Assembly (NCBI GenBank): GCA_008373095.1
Contig: RQOP01000005.1
Coordinates: 1-63,145 of the forward strand
Length of the DNA stretch: 63,145 nt
Direction: 5' to 3'
Source of the DNA: SAR202 cluster bacterium
GTDB lineage: Bacteria; Chloroflexota; Dehalococcoidia; Lucifugimonadales; UBA826
Both the position numbers and the translations under genes were made by a program. The notes under the pieces were generated by a model. It saw only the letters and a list, made by a program, of their open reading frames with translations, searched no databases and was not told the origin of the DNA. Below, piece after piece: positions 8,211 through 17,939 of the stretch. Positions within the stretch are counted from its first letter, which is position 1. Each line of letters begins with the position of its first letter.

Positions 8211-9638
8211 TTACAGCGGTGGCCGCTCAAGATGCCAACTCGTATTCTGCTGATATGCAAAAGCTACATTCATCACGGTAGATTCATCAAATGGTTTTCC
8301 TGCGATCTGTATTCCCAACGGTAACCTAGTATCACCTATCTTCGTAAAACCACAACCGACTGAAAGGGCCGGGCCACTAACCAAACTAAAAAACCCGCGA
8401 TATGATGCTTCCGTCAATGCTTGGATGGCTGCTTCCTTACTTTTGATACCGGGTTCCAAATTCATTACAGTAGCTGGTTCCGACGCACCAGGCATTGCTA
8501 ATACGTCATATTTATCAAGCGCATCCAAAGCCTGCTTACGAACCAAGGTGCGGATCTTTTGTGCCTTATAGTAAACCTGCGAAGGAATTAGCTCCCCGGT
8601 TGTAAACGCGACTCTTGTGTTGTGGTGAAAATCTTCCAAATTTTCACGCAACCATTCTGGGTGAAGACTAGATCTCTCAACCGCACTTATTATTCGGCTT
8701 GCAACACCTGCAATAGGCGCCAATGGTATTGATATTTCTTCTACTTTAGCCCCCAAACCTTCAAGTATTTCAACTGCATCCAAAACACCTTGTCTAACCG
8801 CATCTGTAACTCCCATTACCTTTGGATCTAGAAATTCTTTTACCAACCCAACTCTAATACCTTTTACATCCCCAGTTAGAGCAGACCTATAATCTGGAAC
8901 CGGCAAATCTTTCGTGTAATGATCATTCTCATCAAATCCTGCAATTGCACCAAGTGTTAGGGCGCAATCCTCTACTGTTCGTGAAATTGGACCTATTGTG
9001 TCCAAAGACCAAGATGCTCCATCAACCCCGTATCTACTCACCCTACCCCATGAAGGTCTGATTCCCACTAAACCACAATTAGCAGCAGGTCCGCGTACAG
9101 ATCCCCCAGTATCTTCCCCGAGAGAAGTGGCACACATGAAAGATGCAGTAGCCGCGCCTGAACCAGTGCTGGAAGTCCCTGGATTTCTGGTCAAGTCCCA
9201 CGGATTACGGGTTACGCCAAAAGCAGAAGTAATTGGGTCCCCCATAGCAAATTCCGTCATATTTAATTTACCAAGAATTATTGCCCCAGACCTTTTAAGA
9301 CCTTTGACTACCGTAGCGTCGAAATCAGGAACAAAGTCTTCCCTGATTTTTGAAGCGGAAGAGGTACGGGTTCCATTTGTGTATATTTGGTCTTTAACAC
9401 CAACCGGGACCCCATGCAAAGGGCCTTTAATTGACCCGGCAATAACATCAGCTTCTGATTGTCTGGCTGCGTCTAGTGCCTCGTCAGCCATCACTGTAAT
9501 AAAAGCATTCACTTTGTCATCAACTACCGCAATGCGATCCAGGTAGGCTCTTATAACCTCCACCGGTGAAATTTGTTTTTCTTTTATTTTGTCTGCAAGC
9601 TCTGCTGCAGACATGTATATCAATTCATTGCTGCTCAT
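8211..9638 (-). CDS. Amidase-signature family enzyme (GatA/AtzE-like)
   Basis: GVKDQI (Lys), PGTSSTGS, GEDTGGSVRGPA give the Ser-cisSer-Lys triad; LPLGIQIAGKPFDE. Confidence 0.92.
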   Translation of the reverse strand: MSSNELIYMSAAELADKIKEKQISPVEVIRAYLDRIAVVDDKVNAFITVMADEALDAARQSEADVIAGSIKGPLHGVPVGVKDQIYTNGTRTSSASKIREDFVPDFDATVVKGLKRSGAIILGKLNMTEFAMGDPITSAFGVTRNPWDLTRNPGTSSTGSGAATASFMCATSLGEDTGGSVRGPAANCGLVGIRPSWGRVSRYGVDGASWSLDTIGPISRTVEDCALTLGAIAGFDENDHYTKDLPVPDYRSALTGDVKGIRVGLVKEFLDPKVMGVTDAVRQGVLDAVEILEGLGAKVEEISIPLAPIAGVASRIISAVERSSLHPEWLRENLEDFHHNTRVAFTTGELIPSQVYYKAQKIRTLVRKQALDALDKYDVLAMPGASEPATVMNLEPGIKSKEAAIQALTEASYRGFFSLVSGPALSVGCGFTKIGDTRLPLGIQIAGKPFDESTVMNVAFAYQQNTSWHLERPPL

Positions 9639-9642
9639 AAAC

Positions 9643-9828
9643 TTAGTCCCTCTTGTTCAAAATAATCGGTAGCGGTTCAACAGAATTAATCCCTTCAGGG
9701 TTAATTTGTGCTATTGCTTCCAGCATTGCATTCAAGCTATGAGCTACATCTGTAATATCAGAATTTTTAATGTCTAGGTTTACTGACTTGGCCAGTGTAC
9801 GAATTTCGTCCTCATTCAATCCGGACAT
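9643..9828 (-). CDS. Small GatC/AtzG-like amidase partner
   Basis: 61 aa, GGAGG RBS, 4 nt upstream of the amidase; EIRTLAKSVNL..VAHSLNAMLEAIAQIN..SVEP is a GatC-like helical pattern. Confidence 0.7.
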   Translation of the reverse strand: MSGLNEDEIRTLAKSVNLDIKNSDITDVAHSLNAMLEAIAQINPEGINSVEPLPIILNKRD

Positions 9829-10007
9829 AACTAAACCTCCTTATAATTTTGCTGACTTTTCGAGGATTATAGAATAAACCATATCTATTTGGTCCTTATA
9901 TAATTGATTAGAACTCTCATTTGTATTTAAAGTACTACCTTCTTAGGAAGAAAAATCTTCTCATAGGGTTGAACCGTATTTGTATAAACCATGATGGTGT
10001 TTGAAAA

Positions 10008-11621
10008 TTGCAAAAAGTATCTGATGTAGACATATTAGTAATAGGTGGCGGGCCAGCTGGCAGCACTGCTGCTTCCATGGCAGCTAAATATGGTCTTTCA
10101 GTAAAGATTTGTGAAAAATCTAAATTCCCCAGGGAACACGTTGGTGAATCTTTGCTGCCAGCAAGCATCCCAATATTAGAAGAATTAGGGTTAGGGGAGA
10201 AAATTAAAAAAGCAGGATTCCTACCCAAATATGGGGCGACCATGGTTTGGGGTAGAGATAAAACACCATGGTCCTGGAGGTTTAGCGAAACAAATAAGCA
10301 AAATACTCACTCTTATCAAGTTTCAAGACCAATATTTGATGAAATACTGCTAAGGAGATCGGAGGAACTCGGCGTTTCGGTTGAAGAAGAGGCCACCATC
10401 GACAAAGTAAATTTAGAGGAATCAAATAGAGGCGCTTTTGTAACGAGCCTGAATAAAGGTCAATATTTTCAACCTGCTAATTTTATAATTGACGCTAGCG
10501 GCCAATCTGCTCTTATAGCTCGAAGTCTGAAAATTAGAGAATGGGATGAAAGCTTCCACAACCTGGCTGTTTACGGTTATTTTTCCGGAGCAACAAAACT
10601 CGAAACACCTGATGAAAACAACATATTCATTGAGTCCTATCAAAACGGTTGGGTCTGGAGCATACCCTTGGCAGACGGTACTACCAGTGTAGGGGTAGTC
10701 GTGGATTCTAAAAACGCCAGTACACAATTGCAAAAAACAGATCCAACGGCATACTTGTTGTCAGAATTATCCTTATCTCCAAAAACATCAGATATGCTCT
10801 TAAATTCCAATCTGACAACTAATGCCAAGGTGGTAAAAGACTGGTCTTACACCACATCCAAAATGGCTGGCAATGGTTGGGCTTTAGCAGGAGATGCCGC
10901 TTGCTTTATCGATCCTTTGTTTTCTTCTGGAGTTCACTTAGCAATGATGTCGGGGGTACTCTCCTCGGCATATGCCGTTACCTATCTAAAAGATAGGATC
11001 CTAGGGGAGGAAAGTGCGTCTGTATATGAAACGACATTCAGGCAAGAATATGATCATTTCCGGGACCTGGCATTGTTATTCTATTCTAGCAATAGAACGG
11101 TTGACTCTTATTTCTGGGAAGCTCGTCGATTATTCAAGGAAGAAAACTATTTTTCCGACAGAACATCTTTCATAAGGGCAGTGTCAGGTCAATCAGTTCG
11201 AGGTTATGAAAGGGTTGCCTTGGAAAGAGGTGAATTACCAAATGAATTTATGTCAGCTATAAACTTGCATAATGAAGAATCAGAAAAAAGGAATGCCCAT
11301 TTATTAAAAATTCAAAATTCAATACAAATGCAAGTTCCAACACTTTCGAATGAAGTCAAATTAGAAAAAAAACCTGTACTGTCAGAAGGGGAATTTCAAT
11401 GGGGAACAGTGATTACTACCCCATTCAGGAAAGAAGGAGTACCATGCAGCAATTTAGTAGCTAATCTGTTGATGAAAATAGATGGGAAGAAATCATTAAT
11501 TGATATCGTAGATGACCTATCACGGTCAGCCAGCGAATCTGCAAAAGAAAAACTTCTCAAATACAGCATAGATACGATAAGTATCCTTTATGTTGAGGGA
11601 GTTATAGATAACCTCAGTTAA
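10008..11621 (+). CDS. Flavin-dependent halogenase-like protein with C-terminal winged-helix/PqqD-like extension
   Basis: GGGPAG; FPREHVGESLL; FLPKYG (candidate catalytic Lys); GWVWSIP (WxWxIP); GDAACFIDPLFSSGVHLA. Confidence 0.82.
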   Translation: MQKVSDVDILVIGGGPAGSTAASMAAKYGLSVKICEKSKFPREHVGESLLPASIPILEELGLGEKIKKAGFLPKYGATMVWGRDKTPWSWRFSETNKQNTHSYQVSRPIFDEILLRRSEELGVSVEEEATIDKVNLEESNRGAFVTSLNKGQYFQPANFIIDASGQSALIARSLKIREWDESFHNLAVYGYFSGATKLETPDENNIFIESYQNGWVWSIPLADGTTSVGVVVDSKNASTQLQKTDPTAYLLSELSLSPKTSDMLLNSNLTTNAKVVKDWSYTTSKMAGNGWALAGDAACFIDPLFSSGVHLAMMSGVLSSAYAVTYLKDRILGEESASVYETTFRQEYDHFRDLALLFYSSNRTVDSYFWEARRLFKEENYFSDRTSFIRAVSGQSVRGYERVALERGELPNEFMSAINLHNEESEKRNAHLLKIQNSIQMQVPTLSNEVKLEKKPVLSEGEFQWGTVITTPFRKEGVPCSNLVANLLMKIDGKKSLIDIVDDLSRSASESAKEKLLKYSIDTISILYVEGVIDNLS

Positions 11622-11647
11622 CATTATAAAAAATTAAGGAGAAATTC

Positions 11648-12379
11648 ATGTTAGAAGACATTCAAGGAAAAGTGGCGTGGGTAACTGGTGCAGGAACAGG
11701 AATCGGTGAATCTGGTGCAATCAAACTAGCAGAAGCTGGATGCAAGGTAGTCCTTTCCGGTAGAAGACAAGACGTACTGGAGAATGTGGCGTCCAAAATT
11801 TCTGGGGAAGTATCTATACAACCTTTAGACGTTTCAGACAATGACGCTGTGGTATCTGTGGCGGAGGCAATTTTAAATGAGCATGGTCAGATTGACATTG
11901 GGGTATTCAGCGCAGGAATCAATGTACGGGAACGAAATTGGCCGGTAGTATCAATAGACGACTGGAATAAAGTTATCAACATAGATTTAAACGGAGCTTT
12001 TTACTGCTGCCAGGCAGTTTTGCCTTCGATGAGAAGTAATGGTGGAGGGCTCATTATTAACATTTCATCTATGGCCGCCAAAAGTGCAGGAGCCTTAACC
12101 GGGCCAGCCTACACTTCTGCCAAACATGCAATGAACGCAATGACGGCCAGTCTAATTGTTGAAGAAAGAAACAATGGAATCAGAGCAACAGCATTATGTC
12201 CAGGAGAAGTTGCAACTCCGATTTTGGAACAACGACCTGTACCTGTAAGTGCTGAAGATCAAGCTAGAATCCTTCAATCTGAAGACCTCGGTGAACTTAT
12301 ATTATTTTTGGCGAAGCAACCGCCACACGTAACAATAAATGAGGTTCTAATTAACCCTACATGGAATAGGTTCGGATAA
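11648..12379 (+). CDS. Short-chain dehydrogenase/reductase
   Basis: TGAGTGIG, YTSAK, CPGEVATP. Confidence 0.93.
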   Translation: MLEDIQGKVAWVTGAGTGIGESGAIKLAEAGCKVVLSGRRQDVLENVASKISGEVSIQPLDVSDNDAVVSVAEAILNEHGQIDIGVFSAGINVRERNWPVVSIDDWNKVINIDLNGAFYCCQAVLPSMRSNGGGLIINISSMAAKSAGALTGPAYTSAKHAMNAMTASLIVEERNNGIRATALCPGEVATPILEQRPVPVSAEDQARILQSEDLGELILFLAKQPPHVTINEVLINPTWNRFG

Positions 12380-12385
12380 AAAAAG

Positions 12386-12421
12386 TTAGGCTCTTCGTAC
12401 GATGCCGTTCGGAGAGCCTAA
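12386..12421. terminator. Probable bidirectional terminator between convergent genes
   Basis: TTAGGCTCT...AGAGCCTAA stem, A-tract on the left, T-rich on the right. Confidence 0.65.
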
Positions 12422-12431
12422 TAGCTTTATT

Positions 12432-13706
12432 TTAATCACCAGGGGCAGCAGCAATTTCATCAGACGTTTCGGGTTGTAGTTCCTCAAATTTTTTCCCTGT
12501 CTTAGGATCAACCTCAAAGGGGCTGTCTAGTCCAAGTTCATCTGCTATTTCTCTTACGGCCGGTAACACTTCCTCTCCCATTAGTCGAAGGCTTCTCATC
12601 TGATCATCATGAGTCATGGCACCATCACCATCCCAGAAAAACACTGAGCCTGGCCTGAGATATTCAAGAACATGTCGTATTTTAGGTATAACAGTTTTAG
12701 GGGTACCGGAAATAATTGTGTGATCCGACACTTGATCCTCAAATGATCTTGATAATTGTCCGCCCCTATTAGCAGTTGCAACTTGTGCAGTTGGGAGCGT
12801 TCTTCTACGCGATGTCATTCCTGGCAATTTATTTAGAGCAGGATTGGCAGTCCCCTCATTCCCTGCGTTGAATGGGTTGCTTGGGCCCTGGACAAACTTT
12901 CTGGCTACTTCCTCGGCGAGTTCTTCGGTCTCATCTACATGAACTTTCCACAAATATCCGAAATTCTGTGGCCCCGCCTCATAACCCTCTTCCCGGGCTG
13001 TCTCTTTATATACTTCAAAAGATTGTCGAGTTGGTTCTAACTGAGTGGCAAGCATTATGTAAGGTATTCGTTGTCTTGCTGCCCACATAACTGAATCTCT
13101 ACTAACTACCCCGGGAAGCATGATTGGAGGATGTGGCTTCTGGTACGGTTTCACCCAAGGATTAACATATCGGTACTGGTAGTGCTTCCCTTCCCATCTG
13201 AAAGGTCCCGGCTCAGTCCATGCCTTAACGATAAATTCGTGTGCTTCCTGGAATCTTTCCCAGTTATATGCTGGGGGTGAATTATGAGAAACACTTTCTC
13301 TAGCTGTACCGCGAACCCATCCAGAAACCAATCGGCCTTTAGAAATCATGTCGATGGTTGCTAGTTGCTCAACCAACCACAGGGGGTCATCCCAAATAGG
13401 AAGGACATTACCCAAAAGTACTATCTTTGCCTTATTCGTTATCCGAGCCAGGATGGAAGCCTCTACATTTACGGTGCTTCCCATACAGAACGGGCTACTA
13501 TGGTGTTCATTAAGCATCAACCCATCAAAGCCCATCTCTTCAGCGTATATTTTTTCATCTAAATATCTGTTATACAGGTCTGACCCAAGCATCGGATCGT
13601 AAATATCATTACTGACTGTTAAGTCCTTAATCGACTTTCCAGTAGCCCCAAAATATCCTGATTTCGGGTCTTGATATGGCCTCTCCGTAAAATGTCCGAT
13701 GAACAT
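12432..13706 (-). CDS. Luciferase-like (LLM) flavin-dependent oxidoreductase
   Basis: GFDGLMLNEHH, PLWLVEQLATIDMISKGRLVSGWVRG, PYQKPHPP. Confidence 0.92.
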   Translation of the reverse strand: MFIGHFTERPYQDPKSGYFGATGKSIKDLTVSNDIYDPMLGSDLYNRYLDEKIYAEEMGFDGLMLNEHHSSPFCMGSTVNVEASILARITNKAKIVLLGNVLPIWDDPLWLVEQLATIDMISKGRLVSGWVRGTARESVSHNSPPAYNWERFQEAHEFIVKAWTEPGPFRWEGKHYQYRYVNPWVKPYQKPHPPIMLPGVVSRDSVMWAARQRIPYIMLATQLEPTRQSFEVYKETAREEGYEAGPQNFGYLWKVHVDETEELAEEVARKFVQGPSNPFNAGNEGTANPALNKLPGMTSRRRTLPTAQVATANRGGQLSRSFEDQVSDHTIISGTPKTVIPKIRHVLEYLRPGSVFFWDGDGAMTHDDQMRSLRLMGEEVLPAVREIADELGLDSPFEVDPKTGKKFEELQPETSDEIAAAPGD

Positions 13707-13735
13707 ATGCTCCTCCCTATCTGTTTTATTTGCAG

Positions 13736-14533
13736 TTAACTAAGAAATTTCGTTATTGCCTTTAGAAAATCGTCTACTTTTTCTATTTCCGGTCTATGTC
13801 CACTTTGATCAATCAGGTTAAGTGATGATCCAGGTATTGATTCGTTATAGATCCTAAATGCATCAACGGGGACAATGGAATCCTGCTTACCAGCGATTAT
13901 TAAAGTCCGCAGGCCTTTTAACCTTCGTAGTAAATATGGCAATGTCTGGTTGTACATATAAGGTTTCCACGCCAATCGCGCAGATTGCTCCCTGCCAACT
14001 TCCCACAATTCCTCTTGCTCCGGCGAAGGTTCCTCTGGCCTTATCAGTGAATATTCCTCAACTGATTTAGGATTCAAAAAACTTTCTTCTAAAAAGTCAG
14101 GGGCCAAATTGAGAAAAATATCATAAATCTCCCCCTCCTCAGGTTTAACACCCATCGGGCCAACGAGAATAAGTTCTGAGAATTTTCCTGGATCCATAAC
14201 AGCCATTTCCGCAGCCAACCACCCGCCCATAGAAAACCCAATTAACTTAATGTTAGAAATATTCAAATCATCAATAACTTGAAGGTAAACCGCTGCTAGA
14301 TCACTCACCTTCATGGCCCATTCCAATCTATCTGACTCATCATAACCAGGATGACTGGGAGCCATTACCTTGTATTGTTCAGACAATTTCTGATGATATT
14401 TTCTCCACCCAGGAAACCCTAACTCTCCATGTAGAATCAACACCGGATCACCCGATCCTGATGTTCGCATTGTGAGTTTGCCTTCTGGTATAACTATTTC
14501 TTCTTCTGTATATGCGGAAGAATCTCCTGACAT
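13736..14533 (-). CDS. Alpha/beta hydrolase
   Basis: LILHG, GFSMGG nucleophile elbow, SGHRP. Confidence 0.92.
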   Translation of the reverse strand: MSGDSSAYTEEEIVIPEGKLTMRTSGSGDPVLILHGELGFPGWRKYHQKLSEQYKVMAPSHPGYDESDRLEWAMKVSDLAAVYLQVIDDLNISNIKLIGFSMGGWLAAEMAVMDPGKFSELILVGPMGVKPEEGEIYDIFLNLAPDFLEESFLNPKSVEEYSLIRPEEPSPEQEELWEVGREQSARLAWKPYMYNQTLPYLLRRLKGLRTLIIAGKQDSIVPVDAFRIYNESIPGSSLNLIDQSGHRPEIEKVDDFLKAITKFLS

Positions 14534-14696
14534 TCCATATTCCTCAAGTTAGTATTCATTAATATTACGTCTAATTGCGCGATTATAGCGGAAATCTTGG
14601 AAAAGTCAGAGTTTTGAGAATTTGTTGTATTATCCGGCATAGTTTTATACTGCCGGTAAATCAACTCATGTTAATGCAAGTTGGCGAGGTGTCTAA

Positions 14697-15791
14697 ATGT
14701 CTGGAATAAAATCCGGTATCTTCATTATGCCCTTCCATCCCCCAGACAAAAATTTATCGCAATGTCACGACGAAGATCTAGAGCTATTAATCGAGGCCGA
14801 TGAACTTGGCATTGATGAATTTTGGGTCGGAGAACACCACACATTGTCATGGGAACCAATTGTGAGCCCTGAGATGTTTATCGCAGCCGGGTTTAGGCAA
14901 ACAAAAAATATTAGGATAGGTCCAGCACCACTTCTTTTAAACTTCCATCACCCCGCACAAGTTGCAAACCGACTGTCATTTTTGGATCATTTTTCACACG
15001 GCAGGCTTAATATAGCGTTTGGCCATGGAGGCGCTCCTTCAGATTTTGAAATGTATGGGCTGGAAAGCTCAGAAATGCAAAAAATGTCCGAAGAATCAAT
15101 GCGTATCATTCTAGAAATGTGGGAAAAGGAACCTCCCTATGAAATATCAGGAAACTATTGGAATGTGGTTCTGAAAAGCCACGATGAAGATATCGGATAC
15201 GGCAGAATACAGAAACCTCTACAAAGCCCTCATCCTCCCATATCTGTTCCTGTAACCGGATACAATTCAAATTCTGCGAAGATAGCAGCAAAATATGGGT
15301 TTTCGCCTTTTAGTCATTCGATTACTTCTCTACCGGTGCTAAAAGACAACTGGAAAACTTATTCTGACTCCAGAAGTTCTCTTGCATTAGAAGCGAATCG
15401 TTCTGATTGGAAATTGGCACGCACTATATTCATAGCAGATACTGACGAAGAAGCCATCAAGAGAGCCAAAAGCAATAGTATATCTAAAGCATATAAGTAT
15501 CTTGCATCCGCCATCCAAAAAGGGCCAGGGCTTGCCATCATGAAATCAGATCCAGACCAACCAGACAGTGAAATAACTGAAGACTATCTGATAGATAACC
15601 TAGTTATAGCGGGATCAGTTGATACGGTAATTGACCGTTTACATGAGATTACGGAATTCCTTGGTCCGTTTGGAACCTTGATAAATATGTCATTTGACTG
15701 GATTGACGAAAGTGACAAAAAAAGTTGGTTAGAAAGCATGTCTCGGTATCAAAATGAAGTAATACCCAAACTCAGTTCGCAGCTTGAATAG
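14697..15791 (+). CDS. LLM flavin-dependent monooxygenase
   Basis: GIFIMPFHPP, EFWVGEHH, HHPAQVANRLSFLDHFSHGR, PLQSPHPP. Confidence 0.92.
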   Translation: MSGIKSGIFIMPFHPPDKNLSQCHDEDLELLIEADELGIDEFWVGEHHTLSWEPIVSPEMFIAAGFRQTKNIRIGPAPLLLNFHHPAQVANRLSFLDHFSHGRLNIAFGHGGAPSDFEMYGLESSEMQKMSEESMRIILEMWEKEPPYEISGNYWNVVLKSHDEDIGYGRIQKPLQSPHPPISVPVTGYNSNSAKIAAKYGFSPFSHSITSLPVLKDNWKTYSDSRSSLALEANRSDWKLARTIFIADTDEEAIKRAKSNSISKAYKYLASAIQKGPGLAIMKSDPDQPDSEITEDYLIDNLVIAGSVDTVIDRLHEITEFLGPFGTLINMSFDWIDESDKKSWLESMSRYQNEVIPKLSSQLE

Positions 15792-15814
15792 TTTGATGGC
15801 ATAGGGAGGTTACT

Positions 15815-16627
15815 ATGGCTAACAATTATAGGAAAAATCGCACAAAATCCGCCTTATTGAGTGGGGAAACAATCAAAGTACCAGAAATTAACAGGGTTTT
15901 TGACCCTACTGTAGTTGAAACCATTGCTTCAGTTGGGTATCAATGTGTCTGGATTGACATGGAACACAGTCACGCAGATTTCAAAGATCTTAGTACCCTT
16001 ATACTTGCAGCTCGTACTTGGGAAATAGATGTATTTGTAAGAATTCCCCATGGGCCTTATAACCAAGTAATAAAAACCCTGGAACTTGGTGCCTCTGGTT
16101 TAATATGGCCACACTGCAAAAGCAAAGAAGAAGCAGAAGCTTTCGTAGAAATGGCCAAATATCATCCAGAAGGTATGCGTGGTATGGGAGGAGGAAGAGA
16201 TTCCTTTTTTGGAAAAAGCGAAAAACCGGCATATTTCAACATCGCAAACGAAAACGTTTTGTTGGGTGTGATGATAGAAGACAAAGAAGGGGTAGAGGCC
16301 TCCGATGATATTGCGTCAGTGGATGGCATCGACCTACTGTTTGTTGGACCTGGTGACTTATCACAAAGTTATGGTGTCCACAGAGACCCGGGAGATCCAA
16401 TCTCTAAACCAGTTATTTTAGAGGCCTTCGAAAAGGTTGGAGCATCCTGCAAAAAACACGGCAAATTTATGGGCACCGCAGTTGATCCGGGGGAGTCTAT
16501 GAGCATGGCAGTATCCAGAGGCACCACTTGGCTAAACTGCTGCCACGATGTGACAGCCATCACCACTGGCTATGAATCCGCAATGCAACAAACAAATCAC
16601 ATTATCGAAAATACCAACCTACTTTAG
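15815..16627 (+). CDS. HpcH/HpaI aldolase family
   Basis: VWIDMEHS, FVRIP, PEGMRG, VMIEDKEGV, FVGPGDLS. Confidence 0.9.
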   Translation: MANNYRKNRTKSALLSGETIKVPEINRVFDPTVVETIASVGYQCVWIDMEHSHADFKDLSTLILAARTWEIDVFVRIPHGPYNQVIKTLELGASGLIWPHCKSKEEAEAFVEMAKYHPEGMRGMGGGRDSFFGKSEKPAYFNIANENVLLGVMIEDKEGVEASDDIASVDGIDLLFVGPGDLSQSYGVHRDPGDPISKPVILEAFEKVGASCKKHGKFMGTAVDPGESMSMAVSRGTTWLNCCHDVTAITTGYESAMQQTNHIIENTNLL

Positions 16628-17799
16628 GAAATATTAACTGAACCGCTATAGTCAGACTTAGCCTTATCTATCGCACGCATCCTGCCATCCATGAGAACGT
16701 CCACTCTATCTTTGGCCCATTGGTTTGAAACCTCCATACCGGCGACAGAACCCTGAAATTGCGGCATCACATATCTTGCTAGAAGTTCATAGCTGTGGAG
16801 TATACTTTCTCTAGGTGCCCAGTCAACAGTCTGAACTAGGAATCCTCCAAATCCACCGCTTTCTCTGGCCAAATTATTTATTCCCTCAATACAGTCGTCC
16901 GGCGTCCCAACTATCCAGAAACCATTATCAGACATCCAGTCAACGACCTGATCTCTGGGCCCATCAAAAACAGGTTTTCTGCCATTGGTGCCCTCGGTGT
17001 AGTCTCTCAAGAATCCTGCTGCTCCTTCCCTAGCCTGCTCACGAGCTTTCTCTCTAGTTTCAGCCAAATGCACGGGTACCACTAAACGCCAATCTTCCCT
17101 TTTTACTACTTGCCCATGTTTTTCAGCAGATTCTTCTGCTATATCCCATAATTTCCCATAGTCAGCCCGATCTGCCAGTGGATCTCTCGGCACTGTTATG
17201 GTTAAAACAGAAGCACCATGTTTACCAGCAAGCTGAACTCCAGAAGGTGACTGAATAGATGCTACAGCAATTGGCATATGAGGCTTTTGGTAAGGCCGAA
17301 GCTGCAACAAGGCCTCATTCAATTCAAACCAATCCGCCTTGTAGGTTATTGGTTCAAGTTCCGTAAAAAGTCTTAGGATAATTCCTAAGGCTTCATCCAT
17401 TTTCGCTCTTTGAGTAGTAGGATCTATACCCATCATATATGCGTCTGTTGGCAAAGCACCTGGACCTACCCCAAACATGACCCTTCCCCTTGTCATATGA
17501 TCCAGTTGAACCATTCTATTAGCGACCATAAACGGATGATGGTACGGCAAGCTTACAACCCCGGTTCCAAGATTTATATGCCTTGTTCTTTCTGCAGCCG
17601 CCGCTATAAACAACTCAGGAGAAGATATAGTTTCCCATCCGGCGCTATGATGTTCACCAATCCAAGCCTCGTCATATCCCAAAGTATCCAACCATTGAAT
17701 CAATTCCATATCTCTTTCCAATGCCAAGGTAGGATTTTCCCCGACCTTATGGAAGGGACCCAAGAAGATACCAAATTTCATTTTTTCAGGTAGATTCAT
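16624..17799 (-). CDS. LLM flavin-dependent monooxygenase (LimB-like)
   Basis: GIFLGPFH, AWIGEHHSAGWETISSPELFIAAA, LDHMTRGR, PYQKPH. Confidence 0.92.
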   Translation of the reverse strand: MNLPEKMKFGIFLGPFHKVGENPTLALERDMELIQWLDTLGYDEAWIGEHHSAGWETISSPELFIAAAAERTRHINLGTGVVSLPYHHPFMVANRMVQLDHMTRGRVMFGVGPGALPTDAYMMGIDPTTQRAKMDEALGIILRLFTELEPITYKADWFELNEALLQLRPYQKPHMPIAVASIQSPSGVQLAGKHGASVLTITVPRDPLADRADYGKLWDIAEESAEKHGQVVKREDWRLVVPVHLAETREKAREQAREGAAGFLRDYTEGTNGRKPVFDGPRDQVVDWMSDNGFWIVGTPDDCIEGINNLARESGGFGGFLVQTVDWAPRESILHSYELLARYVMPQFQGSVAGMEVSNQWAKDRVDVLMDGRMRAIDKAKSDYSGSVNIS

Positions 17800-17939
17800 T
17801 TTTCACAGTCCTCTGAATTCAATCAATCATAACGTTCCATATTATGAGATCATATGCGAGGATCTTGATCATGACAAATAGACAATAAACTGCCATAGCA
17901 AAGTCAACATGGCTTTTAGGTAACCTCAATAAATATATC

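Noticed and set aside
8211-9828. Housekeeping gatCA
   Set aside because: No gatB adjacent and the signature motifs deviate; kept as a generic amidase plus small partner.
9643-11621. The 61-aa ORF as a RiPP precursor for the halogenase
   Set aside because: It is GatC-like, coupled to the amidase on the opposite strand, and has no aromatic residue to halogenate.
10008-11621. Geranylgeranyl reductase assignment
   Set aside because: WxWxIP, the F..K.G lysine and GDAACFIDPLFSSG fit halogenases better, though activity is unproven.
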